Source of the DNA: a virus
Lineage: Duplodnaviria > Caudoviricetes
Reading direction: 5' to 3' (one strand)
Length of the DNA stretch: 64,000 nt
IMG/VR virus record: IMGVR_UViG_3300005611_001698
Span: 1-64,000 of that record
Shown here: positions 20,280 to 28,500 of the stretch, in pieces
How the letters are laid out: every line of letters begins with the position of its first letter
Position numbering within the stretch: the stretch's first letter is position 1
Translations under genes and position numbers: made by a program
The notes under the pieces: model-generated
What the model saw: the letters and a program-made list of their open reading frames with translations, nothing else
The model's database searches: none
Told to the model about the DNA's origin: nothing

Positions 20280-20885
20280 CTATATCTTATTTAGCTTCCA
20301 CCTCACATCAAGTGTTCTATCAAAGACCATCATAAATCGATGTTTTCTTGTTCTTTCTCTCCACTCACCTTCAACACCTTTTATGCTACCACGTGAGTGT
20401 TTTGTTCCATCAGCATAATAAAAATCTTTCTTTGGATCAGTTAACCCGTAATAACCGAAATTGCAAGCACGGTATATAGTTCCGTCATGACGAGAACTGT
20501 CAGCGTAGCTAATAATAGCACGAACTGTGGCATCTTTCTTAAACCTCTTAATACATTTACTTACAAACCAAGATGTTATATTATATTCTTCTTTTTGTAT
20601 GTCAGGATGTATACAAAGTCTTGAAAGTTCGTACAATCCGTCTTGTTGATTTCGTTCTAATCCAAAAGCACCTTTTGCTATTTCTGGAACTGGGAGCCCA
20701 GTAAAAATGCAAACACCAAGACACCCGCCAATATTAAGAGGGCATTCCCAGTCAGGACGTTTGAAAAGTCCATAGTTGTACCCAGATTTGAAGTCTTTTG
20801 ATTCGTCTTTTAGGTAATGATGAGTATAAAGTAAGTTTTTAACTTCATTCTTACCAACTCTATTTATGTAAAAATTAGACTTCAC
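20280..20885 (-). CDS. mom: Mom-like (GNAT-fold) DNA adenine modification protein
   Basis: HHYL..YGLF..ELSRLC..SWFVSKCIK..ISYADS..HDGTIYRACNF.YYG match Mu Mom family motifs. Confidence 0.7.
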   Translation of the reverse strand: MKSNFYINRVGKNEVKNLLYTHHYLKDESKDFKSGYNYGLFKRPDWECPLNIGGCLGVCIFTGLPVPEIAKGAFGLERNQQDGLYELSRLCIHPDIQKEEYNITSWFVSKCIKRFKKDATVRAIISYADSSRHDGTIYRACNFGYYGLTDPKKDFYYADGTKHSRGSIKGVEGEWRERTRKHRFMMVFDRTLDVRWKLNKI

Positions 20886-20913
20886 GTGGGTATTTGTGCT
20901 TATTTGCTGATAA

Positions 20914-20984
20914 AGCCCCTATTCAGAATTGAACTGAACTCTGCTGCTTACAAAACAGCTGCATCACCACAATGCTTTAGAGGC
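20914..20984 (-). tRNA. tRNA-Thr(TGT)
   Basis: Cloverleaf folded by hand: acceptor gcctcta/taggggc, anticodon arm gctgt-ttTGTaa-gcagc, T arm ttcag-ttcaatt-ctgaa. Confidence 0.85.
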
Positions 20985-21002
20985 GTGAATAATGTCTTCT
21001 AA

Positions 21003-21077
21003 TAGGCGGAGCGGGATTCGAACCCGCACTGTACAAATTTTAAGTTTGGTGTCTCCTGCCAGTTGGACTACCCGCCC
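21003..21077 (-). tRNA. tRNA-Leu(TAA), short variable loop
   Basis: Acceptor gggcggg/tccgcct, anticodon loop ctTAAaa, T arm gcggg-ttcgaat-cccgc. Confidence 0.85.
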
Positions 21078-21086
21078 AATAAAACC

Positions 21087-21242
21087 TTATTCAGGTTTCC
21101 AAGTTGATGGATGAAAAGCACAATACTCATTAAAGGTGATTTTCATCTCCTTATTGGTCAAATTAGCATGTTTTGCTGCTTTGGGTAAATTCCATTTTGC
21201 AGAAAACAGCATTTCCATCGATTTACGTGTTTCAGGTCTCAT
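21087..21242 (-). CDS. Small hypothetical protein (MRPETRKSMEMLFSAKWNLPKAAKH...)
   Basis: 51-aa ORF below the track cutoff; ATG overlaps the upstream stop. Confidence 0.6.
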   Translation of the reverse strand: MRPETRKSMEMLFSAKWNLPKAAKHANLTNKEMKITFNEYCAFHPSTWKPE

Positions 21243-21457
21243 CAGATATCACAGAGAGTGTCTTCATTATACCAGAAATCATCCCAATCTTTTGATGTTG
21301 CCTCAGTGATGGTTTCAACTGCTTCTTGATATTCTCTGGCAGGCATAATCACAACCGATTTTCCTTCATAATCGATACGAAAGGATTCTCCACCTTCGAC
21401 TCTTTCAATGAGTGAGTCAAAATTTTCTTGGAATTCATTAACAGTGAACTGTTCCAT
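21242..21457 (-). CDS. Phd/YefM antitoxin-like protein
   Basis: FTVNEFQENFDSLIERVEGGESFRI..KSVVIMP fits the Phd/YefM N-terminal pattern. Confidence 0.6.
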   Translation of the reverse strand: MEQFTVNEFQENFDSLIERVEGGESFRIDYEGKSVVIMPAREYQEAVETITEATSKDWDDFWYNEDTLCDI

Positions 21458-21568
21458 TTGTAAAAATCAAGAATTTCTTGGTAAATTTCGGGTTTGTACC
21501 TATTCATGAAAAAGTAATAGGGTAATTTTTTGGTGGAATTTTTTTCCCGCCTTTTTTGGAATTAAAAG

Positions 21569-21769
21569 TCAATTTCCGCTGGCTACAAGAGGTCCAGAGT
21601 ATGCCAACACGTCATCATCAAGAACACTTCGGCAGAATTCTAGCACCCCCATGAACTCATCGATGGTGTCACAGTCAATGATCTTCTCATCACCGTTGTC
21701 ACTATACAAATAGAACTTACGGCAAGAGGTGTCAACAACGACGCGACTCAGGAACTCGTCTTCGTGCAT
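21569..21769 (-). CDS. Hypothetical protein
   Basis: ORF downstream of a perfect sigma70 promoter. Confidence 0.65.
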   Translation of the reverse strand: MHEDEFLSRVVVDTSCRKFYLYSDNGDEKIIDCDTIDEFMGVLEFCRSVLDDDVLAYSGPLVASGN

Positions 21770-21793
21770 GGGGGTGCTTTGCTTTACCTATGT

Positions 21794-21822
21794 ATTATAG
21801 CAGGATCAGCGGAGCATGTCAA
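21794..21822 (-). promoter_or_regulatory. Sigma70-type promoter
   Basis: TTGACA-17nt-TATAAT. Confidence 0.8.
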
Positions 21823-22415
21823 GGGATTACGTCCAACTGCCTTTCAATCTTAACAGTTGTGAACTGACCCTCCGTAAACGGTGATGCCCCACCATATCCA
21901 ACATCCAAATGAGTGTTCATTCCACAATGCTGAATCTCAAAGGTGGTATCAGCATTTACAGAAGTTCTCGCATATCCAACAGAGAGGGATACATTTCCAG
22001 TTGTAAATCCAACTGTTCCAGTTTCTACCTGAACTCCATTTGTTACATCATAAAGACGAGTCTGATGTGTTCCAACACCAATAGCAGGAGAATGCCAATC
22101 AATATAATAGGTGCCGATTCCTAATACAAATTGATTACTTGATACAGTAACAATATCTGCTCGATCACTAATTTCTGTGTTCAAGTCTCTGGTTTGCCAA
22201 ACTGGAACTGTATTGGTGTTCTCACCACCACTTCCATTAAATGTTCCGCCAAGAACGTATTGTGCTTTTCTATCAGCAATAATAGCGATTTCATTAGGTC
22301 CCCCTGCAAATGGAGTTAATCCAACACCCCAAATTGATCCCTGCGTTGAAATACCAGCAATCGCACTGGCACCAAGACCAACAGAATCATCAAGATAAGT
22401 TTGATATCTAGCCAT
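21819..22415 (-). CDS. Hypothetical virion protein
   Basis: Coupled to the upstream baseplate genes; beta-rich W.TRDLNT..GTY domain. Confidence 0.55.
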   Translation of the reverse strand: MARYQTYLDDSVGLGASAIAGISTQGSIWGVGLTPFAGGPNEIAIIADRKAQYVLGGTFNGSGGENTNTVPVWQTRDLNTEISDRADIVTVSSNQFVLGIGTYYIDWHSPAIGVGTHQTRLYDVTNGVQVETGTVGFTTGNVSLSVGYARTSVNADTTFEIQHCGMNTHLDVGYGGASPFTEGQFTTVKIERQLDVIP

Positions 22416-23080
22416 TAAACGTTTCTCCCATAATCGTAACCAGCAATAGAAAACTGTTCAGCGTTACCAGGATAATCAGCTGGCGTCTCACCTTCATACT
22501 CAGGAATCAGTGGTTCGCCATCCTTTCTAGCACCATAAACAGAATAGAAACAATCAATATTAGTTCCACTTTCAGATCTGACTTTGATCTGTGTTCCCCA
22601 TTTGATTTCTTCAACAAAAAGATTTTGATTTGTTCCGATTGGAGTCAAATGAACTGAGATTGTTTCAGTATCAACCAAGTCCCTCCAATAATCTGGAAGG
22701 TGAATTATATTTGTGCCAGTGATTCTTCCTCTGGCATAGACACCAGCTTCTGGACCTTCGAGACAAACATATCTCAATCTGTGACCTTTCTTTGATGGGT
22801 GTTGAATATCAAATCCTTTCCAAGATTGGACATTGATATTTCCAACAAAAGTAGGAGCAGTTACAGTTCCTGTTGCAGTAATGTTTGTAACAGATACAAT
22901 GTCTCCATCAATTTCAAGATCTTCACTGAGGTGTCCATTTGATAACCAAAAAGAAATCAAGTTACAACAATCTTCTTCAAAACCATCAGCACGTCCAAAG
23001 GTTTCATCTTGTTTCCATACACTAGCACCACAGTTTACTTCCTGTTCTGGATATAAACCTTGGCATGTTGTTGGGTGCAT
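22415..23080 (-). CDS. Baseplate/spike-associated protein with a chaperone-like C-terminal domain
   Basis: FDIQHPSKKGHRLRYVCLEGPE..RG..I.LPDYW..LV..I.V.LTP; paralog of 23091..23798. Confidence 0.55.
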   Translation of the reverse strand: MHPTTCQGLYPEQEVNCGASVWKQDETFGRADGFEEDCCNLISFWLSNGHLSEDLEIDGDIVSVTNITATGTVTAPTFVGNINVQSWKGFDIQHPSKKGHRLRYVCLEGPEAGVYARGRITGTNIIHLPDYWRDLVDTETISVHLTPIGTNQNLFVEEIKWGTQIKVRSESGTNIDCFYSVYGARKDGEPLIPEYEGETPADYPGNAEQFSIAGYDYGRNV

Positions 23081-23090
23081 AATTTACCTC

Positions 23091-23798
23091 CTATTGTCCA
23101 ACAAATTTATCAGTTAAAAGATCCTCCGAAGGGAAAACATTTGGTTCCCTTGGAGTATCTGCTCTCTCCCCATAGATTGTATAGTGGCAGTTGATTGGCA
23201 TTGCAGAATGAGATCCAATCTTAACCTCTAAACCTTGAATACCCTTTAAAAACAGAATCTGTGGTGCTCCAACAGGAGTCAGATTCACTGTGATCGAATC
23301 TTTATGGACCAACCACTCCCATTCATCTGGAAGTCTGATGACATCAGTATTAGTTAGTTTACCACGAACAAAGACATCCTTAGTAGGACCTTCAACACAG
23401 GTATAACGAAGTTTATATCCTGGTTTCGTAGCATAATCAATCACAAAGTTACAACTGCCTTTGTTGATTGTGCGAATAAAAGCTTTTCTTACGTTGATCT
23501 TATCAGCAACCAAAGTTTTAGTTTTGGTTTCTTGTTCTACCCAAAGATTGTCACGGATATGTTCATCATCCTTGACTTCAAGAGCAAAAGGACCTTGCTG
23601 TTCTGCACTTTTATTGATCATCACGGTTCCTTCCATGAGACCAAACTTGTCAGGTGCTCCTACATGCATACCATTTTCAACGTATTGAGAACCTAGAATT
23701 TTTTCAGAGTCCGTCTTCCCTACGCATGAGGAAGTTTGTCCTCCGATAACAGATTGCTTATGAACCTGTTCGTCATCAAATGTCCATGCCATGATCAA
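23091..23798 (-). CDS. Baseplate/spike-associated protein, paralog of 22415..23080
   Basis: FVID..KPGYKLRYTCVEGP..RG..IRLPDEW..LV..ITVNLTP. Confidence 0.55.
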   Translation of the reverse strand: MIMAWTFDDEQVHKQSVIGGQTSSCVGKTDSEKILGSQYVENGMHVGAPDKFGLMEGTVMINKSAEQQGPFALEVKDDEHIRDNLWVEQETKTKTLVADKINVRKAFIRTINKGSCNFVIDYATKPGYKLRYTCVEGPTKDVFVRGKLTNTDVIRLPDEWEWLVHKDSITVNLTPVGAPQILFLKGIQGLEVKIGSHSAMPINCHYTIYGERADTPREPNVFPSEDLLTDKFVGQ

Positions 23799-24373
23799 TC
23801 CCCCGTAATTTTTTCTTCTTGTGCTGTTCCACGTTTACCATATCTAGATGATGCAGATTGGCAGGATACTTGTGATCCATACATCCCCATGGTTCCGTTA
23901 GATTTCACAGTGACAGATTGTTCACTATTAATATCACACTTTTGTTTACCGTTTATCTCAACATTCGGTGAGTTGAGTTCGATCTTAGAGTTAGATTTCA
24001 ATGTGATGTTGCCATCATTATTTCCATCACCCTTTGCTTCAATGACAACATTTTTGCCTTGAAGATTAATGTCACCACATTGACAGGTCACAGCAAACTT
24101 ACCATTCTCTACTTGAATATTGAATGTGAGGTCTGCTCTTTCACGATCTTGTCCACATTTTATCACGACTCCACCAGGAGATTCCAGTGTAGTGTGACTA
24201 TGAGTTCCATTACCCTGAGGGCGATCAATACTCATGTAGAATCTATGTCTCGGATCCTGTTTATTGTTTAGATAAACAGCTTCTCTGACATTATCAGGAT
24301 CTAAACGACCAAATTCTAGTTGACCATAGTTATTTTCTGTCCAACTAGTAAAATGATTTGTTTTATCTGCCAT
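23795..24373 (-). CDS. gp5 C-terminal-like beta-helix spike protein
   Basis: Follows gp5; alternating beta-strand repeats (GDINLQGKNVVIEA..GNITLKS). Confidence 0.5.
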   Translation of the reverse strand: MADKTNHFTSWTENNYGQLEFGRLDPDNVREAVYLNNKQDPRHRFYMSIDRPQGNGTHSHTTLESPGGVVIKCGQDRERADLTFNIQVENGKFAVTCQCGDINLQGKNVVIEAKGDGNNDGNITLKSNSKIELNSPNVEINGKQKCDINSEQSVTVKSNGTMGMYGSQVSCQSASSRYGKRGTAQEEKITGD

Positions 24374-26996
24374 TAAACTTTCCTACACAATCAACGACAC
24401 TGATAATCTGATCTGGTGTAACCTCATCAAGTACTTCATTAATGTTGTTTCTTCCTCTATATTTTACACGAAGAAGAGGAGTAAGTAAAGCCCCAGCACC
24501 AGTGGATGTATTTATAGTAAGATCTGGAATGTCAGTAAATCCTTGCCCTCTCTGATCCTCAGGAATTCTAACTCCAAGAATAGATCCATTGGTGGAGAGA
24601 ATGGGTTCTAGTGTAATCTCATTACCGTCTCCACTGATAGTAATTGTGTCACCTTTGTTAAAGGAGACTCCTGCCTTTCTAACTGCAACGTCATCAAGTT
24701 CTAAAATCACAGGGAAAGTTTCAACATCTAATTCCGTTGGTTCTGGAACTGGTGTTCTAAAACTATATTCCTCAGGAACAAAAACTCCACTTCCTTGTGT
24801 CAGTCCTTTCGACGGTGTGAGTCCAGAAACAAGATTGCCTTTTTCATCCTCACTTCCATCAGGAAATACAAGACTAGACCCAGCTGGTGTGTAAACAACA
24901 GTTCCAGCGGGAACAGTTATGTCTCTACCAGGTGCAAATTTTTGGAAATCTCCATCTGGGGTTTGTGTTACCGTCTCATCTTTCTCAGCAAATGTTCCAT
25001 ATGGTCCGCCAATTGATCCATCTGGTGCTGGAAGAAAATCCTTTCCTGGTTCCAAGACAATAATTTTTTGGATTGGGCGAGGATTTGTTTTGAGATTATC
25101 AAATCCAAAACGAGGTCCACCAGTACCACCAGTTCCAGTTCCAGTACCACCAGTTACAGTACCACCTCCACCAGTACCACCTCCTCTACGAGTACCAGGA
25201 GGTTCCATAATCACTTGAAGACCAGCACCACCACCTTTACGTCCTATCTTTCCACTTACATAGACAGATGGAACACTAGTGAACGTTCTATTTTCAATTT
25301 CAGATCCTTCAATATCAACTGCAATAACTTTTCCTTTTTTGTTAGTAATCAAATTAATATCCGTAGGAGTAGTTCCTCCGCCAAAAATTGTAGCAACTGG
25401 TGGCGTATTTAATTCAGCAAAAGGATTACATGCTTCAAGTTGTGCTAGTGCTTGTCCAGGGATTCCGCTAACAGCATCGAAAGCTCCCTTTGCTGTTCCA
25501 ACAAGACCCTGAGCAGCACCTGTTACAGCACCAACGGCACCAGTAATAGATCCAGCAACATCTTTACCTGCGTCTACTAATCCACCAAGTGGTTCTGGAA
25601 GTCCCCCTCCGCCACCAAGTGCTGATCCAATCATACCAAGAAAATCACCAGGTGACTCTGGTGCATTGCCAGAAAGCATATCACCCTGAGCAATTTCCTG
25701 ACACTCAGTCTCACTTTGACAAGTAAAGAGTGCTTTGAGTGATGCCAAGAAACTTTGAGCAGCAGCGAGAGGAAGTTGAACAGCACCCAAAACGCTACCA
25801 AGGGCACCCGTAACACCACTAACTGCACCACTGACTGCACTCATGACACCATCAACTGCTCCCGTGATTCCATCAGCAACACTATTAATAGCACCAAGAG
25901 CACTGTTTAACATGCCACCAATGACATCGTTCACAACACAGTCAAGAGCACCAGTCACTCTCCCCATCATATCTTGAAGAAGGCCACCCATTTGGTCAAC
26001 CAATCCACCAATAATATTCTCAAACAAACAACCCAATCCGTCCAATGCTTTATCCATGGCTTTCTTAAAGTCTTTTGCCATGCCATCGATAGGAAGTTCC
26101 ACCGATATTTTTGCCATTGCCTCTGACATGGTTTGCAGGGCAACACCACGAACTTTGTCCATGATGTCCTTCATGTAGGCAGACACTGCCTGCGAAGCTC
26201 TCTCTACCTCTCCTTGAATGTTTCCTAATTTTTGAGACAGTGGATCTATGAAAAGAGATTGTTGTTGTTGAATAAAAGCAACCTGTGCCTGAACACGTTG
26301 AATAGCGAGTTGAATACCTGCCTGAGGATTATCATCAGCACAACTCTGTGCCGTCTTTACCTTTCCCGTGTTCTTTGCATTTTCATGTGCTGCCTTTGTT
26401 CCATGATCAGGAATATCTTGACGAGGAGATTCTAAATGAGCACCCTCAGTAGCAAGGGTTGGTTTTGTTTTAACGCCACCAGTTCCTTGCTGAACATCTG
26501 CTTGTGTGGGATCAGATTCTCCTGGTGCTCCATCCTTTTTAATATTATGCTGCGATTCTACAAGACCGTTAGTGTATCCACTAAAAGGTTTGAATCCAAT
26601 ATCAGGTATTGACTTTGGAAATGTAAGTTGACTCGACTTATCGAGAACTCCCATGATAATGGGTTGTTGCCCATCCTCACCGTCAAGGAAGAAACCAAAG
26701 ACCCACTCACCACCAGAGAAGTTAACGCTGGCAGACATACCACCCTGATTTCCACCAGCAGTGACAGGCATCATACAATATGCCCAAGGCAAATCATCAT
26801 CAGTGAGGACTCCTGGTGCCGCAGTATGATAACCCATAATGCGAACCTTTACCCTACGCTTCATTCCAGGTAGATCCGCAGTGGGAAGACCAGGTGAGTT
26901 GTCCTTCCATTTCTTGGAGTCAACTACCTGACCTAACCACCAGAAGAATCCATCTCTTCCGACAAATTGTTTTTTAAGAAGTCCTTGTTCTAACAT
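24363..26996 (-). CDS. g5: gp5-like baseplate hub subunit (OB-fold N-terminus, no evident lysozyme domain)
   Basis: GFFWWLGQV..RVKVRIMGYH..DDDLPWA..GEWVFGFFLDGEDGQQPIIMG. Confidence 0.85.
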   Translation of the reverse strand: MLEQGLLKKQFVGRDGFFWWLGQVVDSKKWKDNSPGLPTADLPGMKRRVKVRIMGYHTAAPGVLTDDDLPWAYCMMPVTAGGNQGGMSASVNFSGGEWVFGFFLDGEDGQQPIIMGVLDKSSQLTFPKSIPDIGFKPFSGYTNGLVESQHNIKKDGAPGESDPTQADVQQGTGGVKTKPTLATEGAHLESPRQDIPDHGTKAAHENAKNTGKVKTAQSCADDNPQAGIQLAIQRVQAQVAFIQQQQSLFIDPLSQKLGNIQGEVERASQAVSAYMKDIMDKVRGVALQTMSEAMAKISVELPIDGMAKDFKKAMDKALDGLGCLFENIIGGLVDQMGGLLQDMMGRVTGALDCVVNDVIGGMLNSALGAINSVADGITGAVDGVMSAVSGAVSGVTGALGSVLGAVQLPLAAAQSFLASLKALFTCQSETECQEIAQGDMLSGNAPESPGDFLGMIGSALGGGGGLPEPLGGLVDAGKDVAGSITGAVGAVTGAAQGLVGTAKGAFDAVSGIPGQALAQLEACNPFAELNTPPVATIFGGGTTPTDINLITNKKGKVIAVDIEGSEIENRTFTSVPSVYVSGKIGRKGGGAGLQVIMEPPGTRRGGGTGGGGTVTGGTGTGTGGTGGPRFGFDNLKTNPRPIQKIIVLEPGKDFLPAPDGSIGGPYGTFAEKDETVTQTPDGDFQKFAPGRDITVPAGTVVYTPAGSSLVFPDGSEDEKGNLVSGLTPSKGLTQGSGVFVPEEYSFRTPVPEPTELDVETFPVILELDDVAVRKAGVSFNKGDTITISGDGNEITLEPILSTNGSILGVRIPEDQRGQGFTDIPDLTINTSTGAGALLTPLLRVKYRGRNNINEVLDEVTPDQIISVVDCVGKFNGR

Positions 26997-27208
26997 CAGC
27001 TTTCGTAAATCCTACATTCTTCGGCATCTGGATGAGCATCACAAAAAAGTTCAAGTGGAGTTGGATCATGATGATCCTCTGGATGACGCTCTGCATATGA
27101 TTCCAAGTCAGCCAACTCTTGTTGAGTATGACGACGTTGTTGAGGAGAAATTGTTGGGTTGTCAAGGATTTCTTTATCCTTTTTGATATGTTGTTCGATG
27201 TTTTCCAT
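26996..27208 (-). CDS. cp12: CP12 Calvin-cycle inhibitor
   Basis: C-terminal LELFCDAHPDAEECRIYE signature. Confidence 0.92.
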   Translation of the reverse strand: MENIEQHIKKDKEILDNPTISPQQRRHTQQELADLESYAERHPEDHHDPTPLELFCDAHPDAEECRIYES

Positions 27209-28500
27209 TAGGTGCTTACCTTACCGTATGAATCTCTAATCAATCCTAACTGAGTAAAGCATCTGTTAGGAGTAACGAAGTGGCATAGATTTGATATTAA
27301 GTATTTACCACTTGTTTTCTTATCTATCTCTTTTGTATCACCAGAAACTCTTGGAAAGTCACATTGAATGATGTCACCAGCACGTAAACTAAAATCTCCT
27401 GGTATTGTAATCGAAGTTACAATGGAATACATCTGGTTATAACGCATGACTGATTGAACCATACGTTCCATCACTTTATCATTAGTTTCTGATTTATTTG
27501 AAGCCCATCTTGATAGTTGTGCCTTGCCATCTGCACCAACTGGAAGAGTTCCCACATCAAGAACAGAACTCATCAATCGTGTAGGTGTTTCTGTAAATAG
27601 TGGATTTACAAAATCAAAATCATCTTGTGATCCAGCATGTTTGACACTCTTTTGTTGAGTAATATCATACTCTTTCATCTCATATTTAAACTGATACGGG
27701 TCAAAAAAGATTGTTCTATTTTTAAATGCTCCCAACATCATATTAGATTGAACATCCACAGTTCGATGCAAATCATAGTTTAAGATCTTATCATCATATT
27801 TTTCGGGGATTCTATCACTATCATTGAGAATATATCTCTTCTTAACATCCTGCCCAAGAAGATTATCAACTGACTTGAAGTTCATTCCATCTTGTGTTTG
27901 ATAGAAAAAGAATCCACCAGTTTTACCATAGTTCTCCGTTGGAATTGACTTGGTTCCTAACCACGTACAAATATAAAATGGTTTTCTATCATTTCCAATA
28001 AAGACATACTGATTTGAAGTTTCTTCAATGTTCTCTGGTTTAAAGTCTGCCTTTAATACTTCTCTTAAAATCTTGATTACTGATTCAGATATTTTTCCTT
28101 CATATCTTTTCAGAACACGGGTAGTCTCATTGGAAAAACATTCCTTTGTCACACAATCCATCGTCATACGATCTGATGTTGTGGTTTCATCAAGGTCTCT
28201 CATTTTATTGAGATACATTTCCATCTTCAACTGAACTTTTTTACTATCCTCAATCGTAAATCTAATCTCCTCTCCACCACGAATCGGCAAACCCTCTAAG
28301 ATGCTAACTCTTTTTCCATCACGTTCGATTGAGTTACCACTATCCATCATTTCAAATGATGCTGTCGCATGATTTGATAGAATAGTTTCATAGTATGAGA
28401 AAGAAGTAATACCCTCTTTGATATCAACACCTCTACCAGCATCCTTTGCTGCTTGGATTATGAATTCTTTTATGTTTGCGTCTTGTGCTGTATTTGACAT
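27208..28500 (-). CDS. Baseplate hub protein (gp27-like)
   Basis: YYETI..LPIRGGE..FFFYQT.DG.NFKS..IPGD..LRAGD..SGKYLI..H, plus position next to gp5. Confidence 0.6.
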   Translation of the reverse strand: MSNTAQDANIKEFIIQAAKDAGRGVDIKEGITSFSYYETILSNHATASFEMMDSGNSIERDGKRVSILEGLPIRGGEEIRFTIEDSKKVQLKMEMYLNKMRDLDETTTSDRMTMDCVTKECFSNETTRVLKRYEGKISESVIKILREVLKADFKPENIEETSNQYVFIGNDRKPFYICTWLGTKSIPTENYGKTGGFFFYQTQDGMNFKSVDNLLGQDVKKRYILNDSDRIPEKYDDKILNYDLHRTVDVQSNMMLGAFKNRTIFFDPYQFKYEMKEYDITQQKSVKHAGSQDDFDFVNPLFTETPTRLMSSVLDVGTLPVGADGKAQLSRWASNKSETNDKVMERMVQSVMRYNQMYSIVTSITIPGDFSLRAGDIIQCDFPRVSGDTKEIDKKTSGKYLISNLCHFVTPNRCFTQLGLIRDSYGKVST

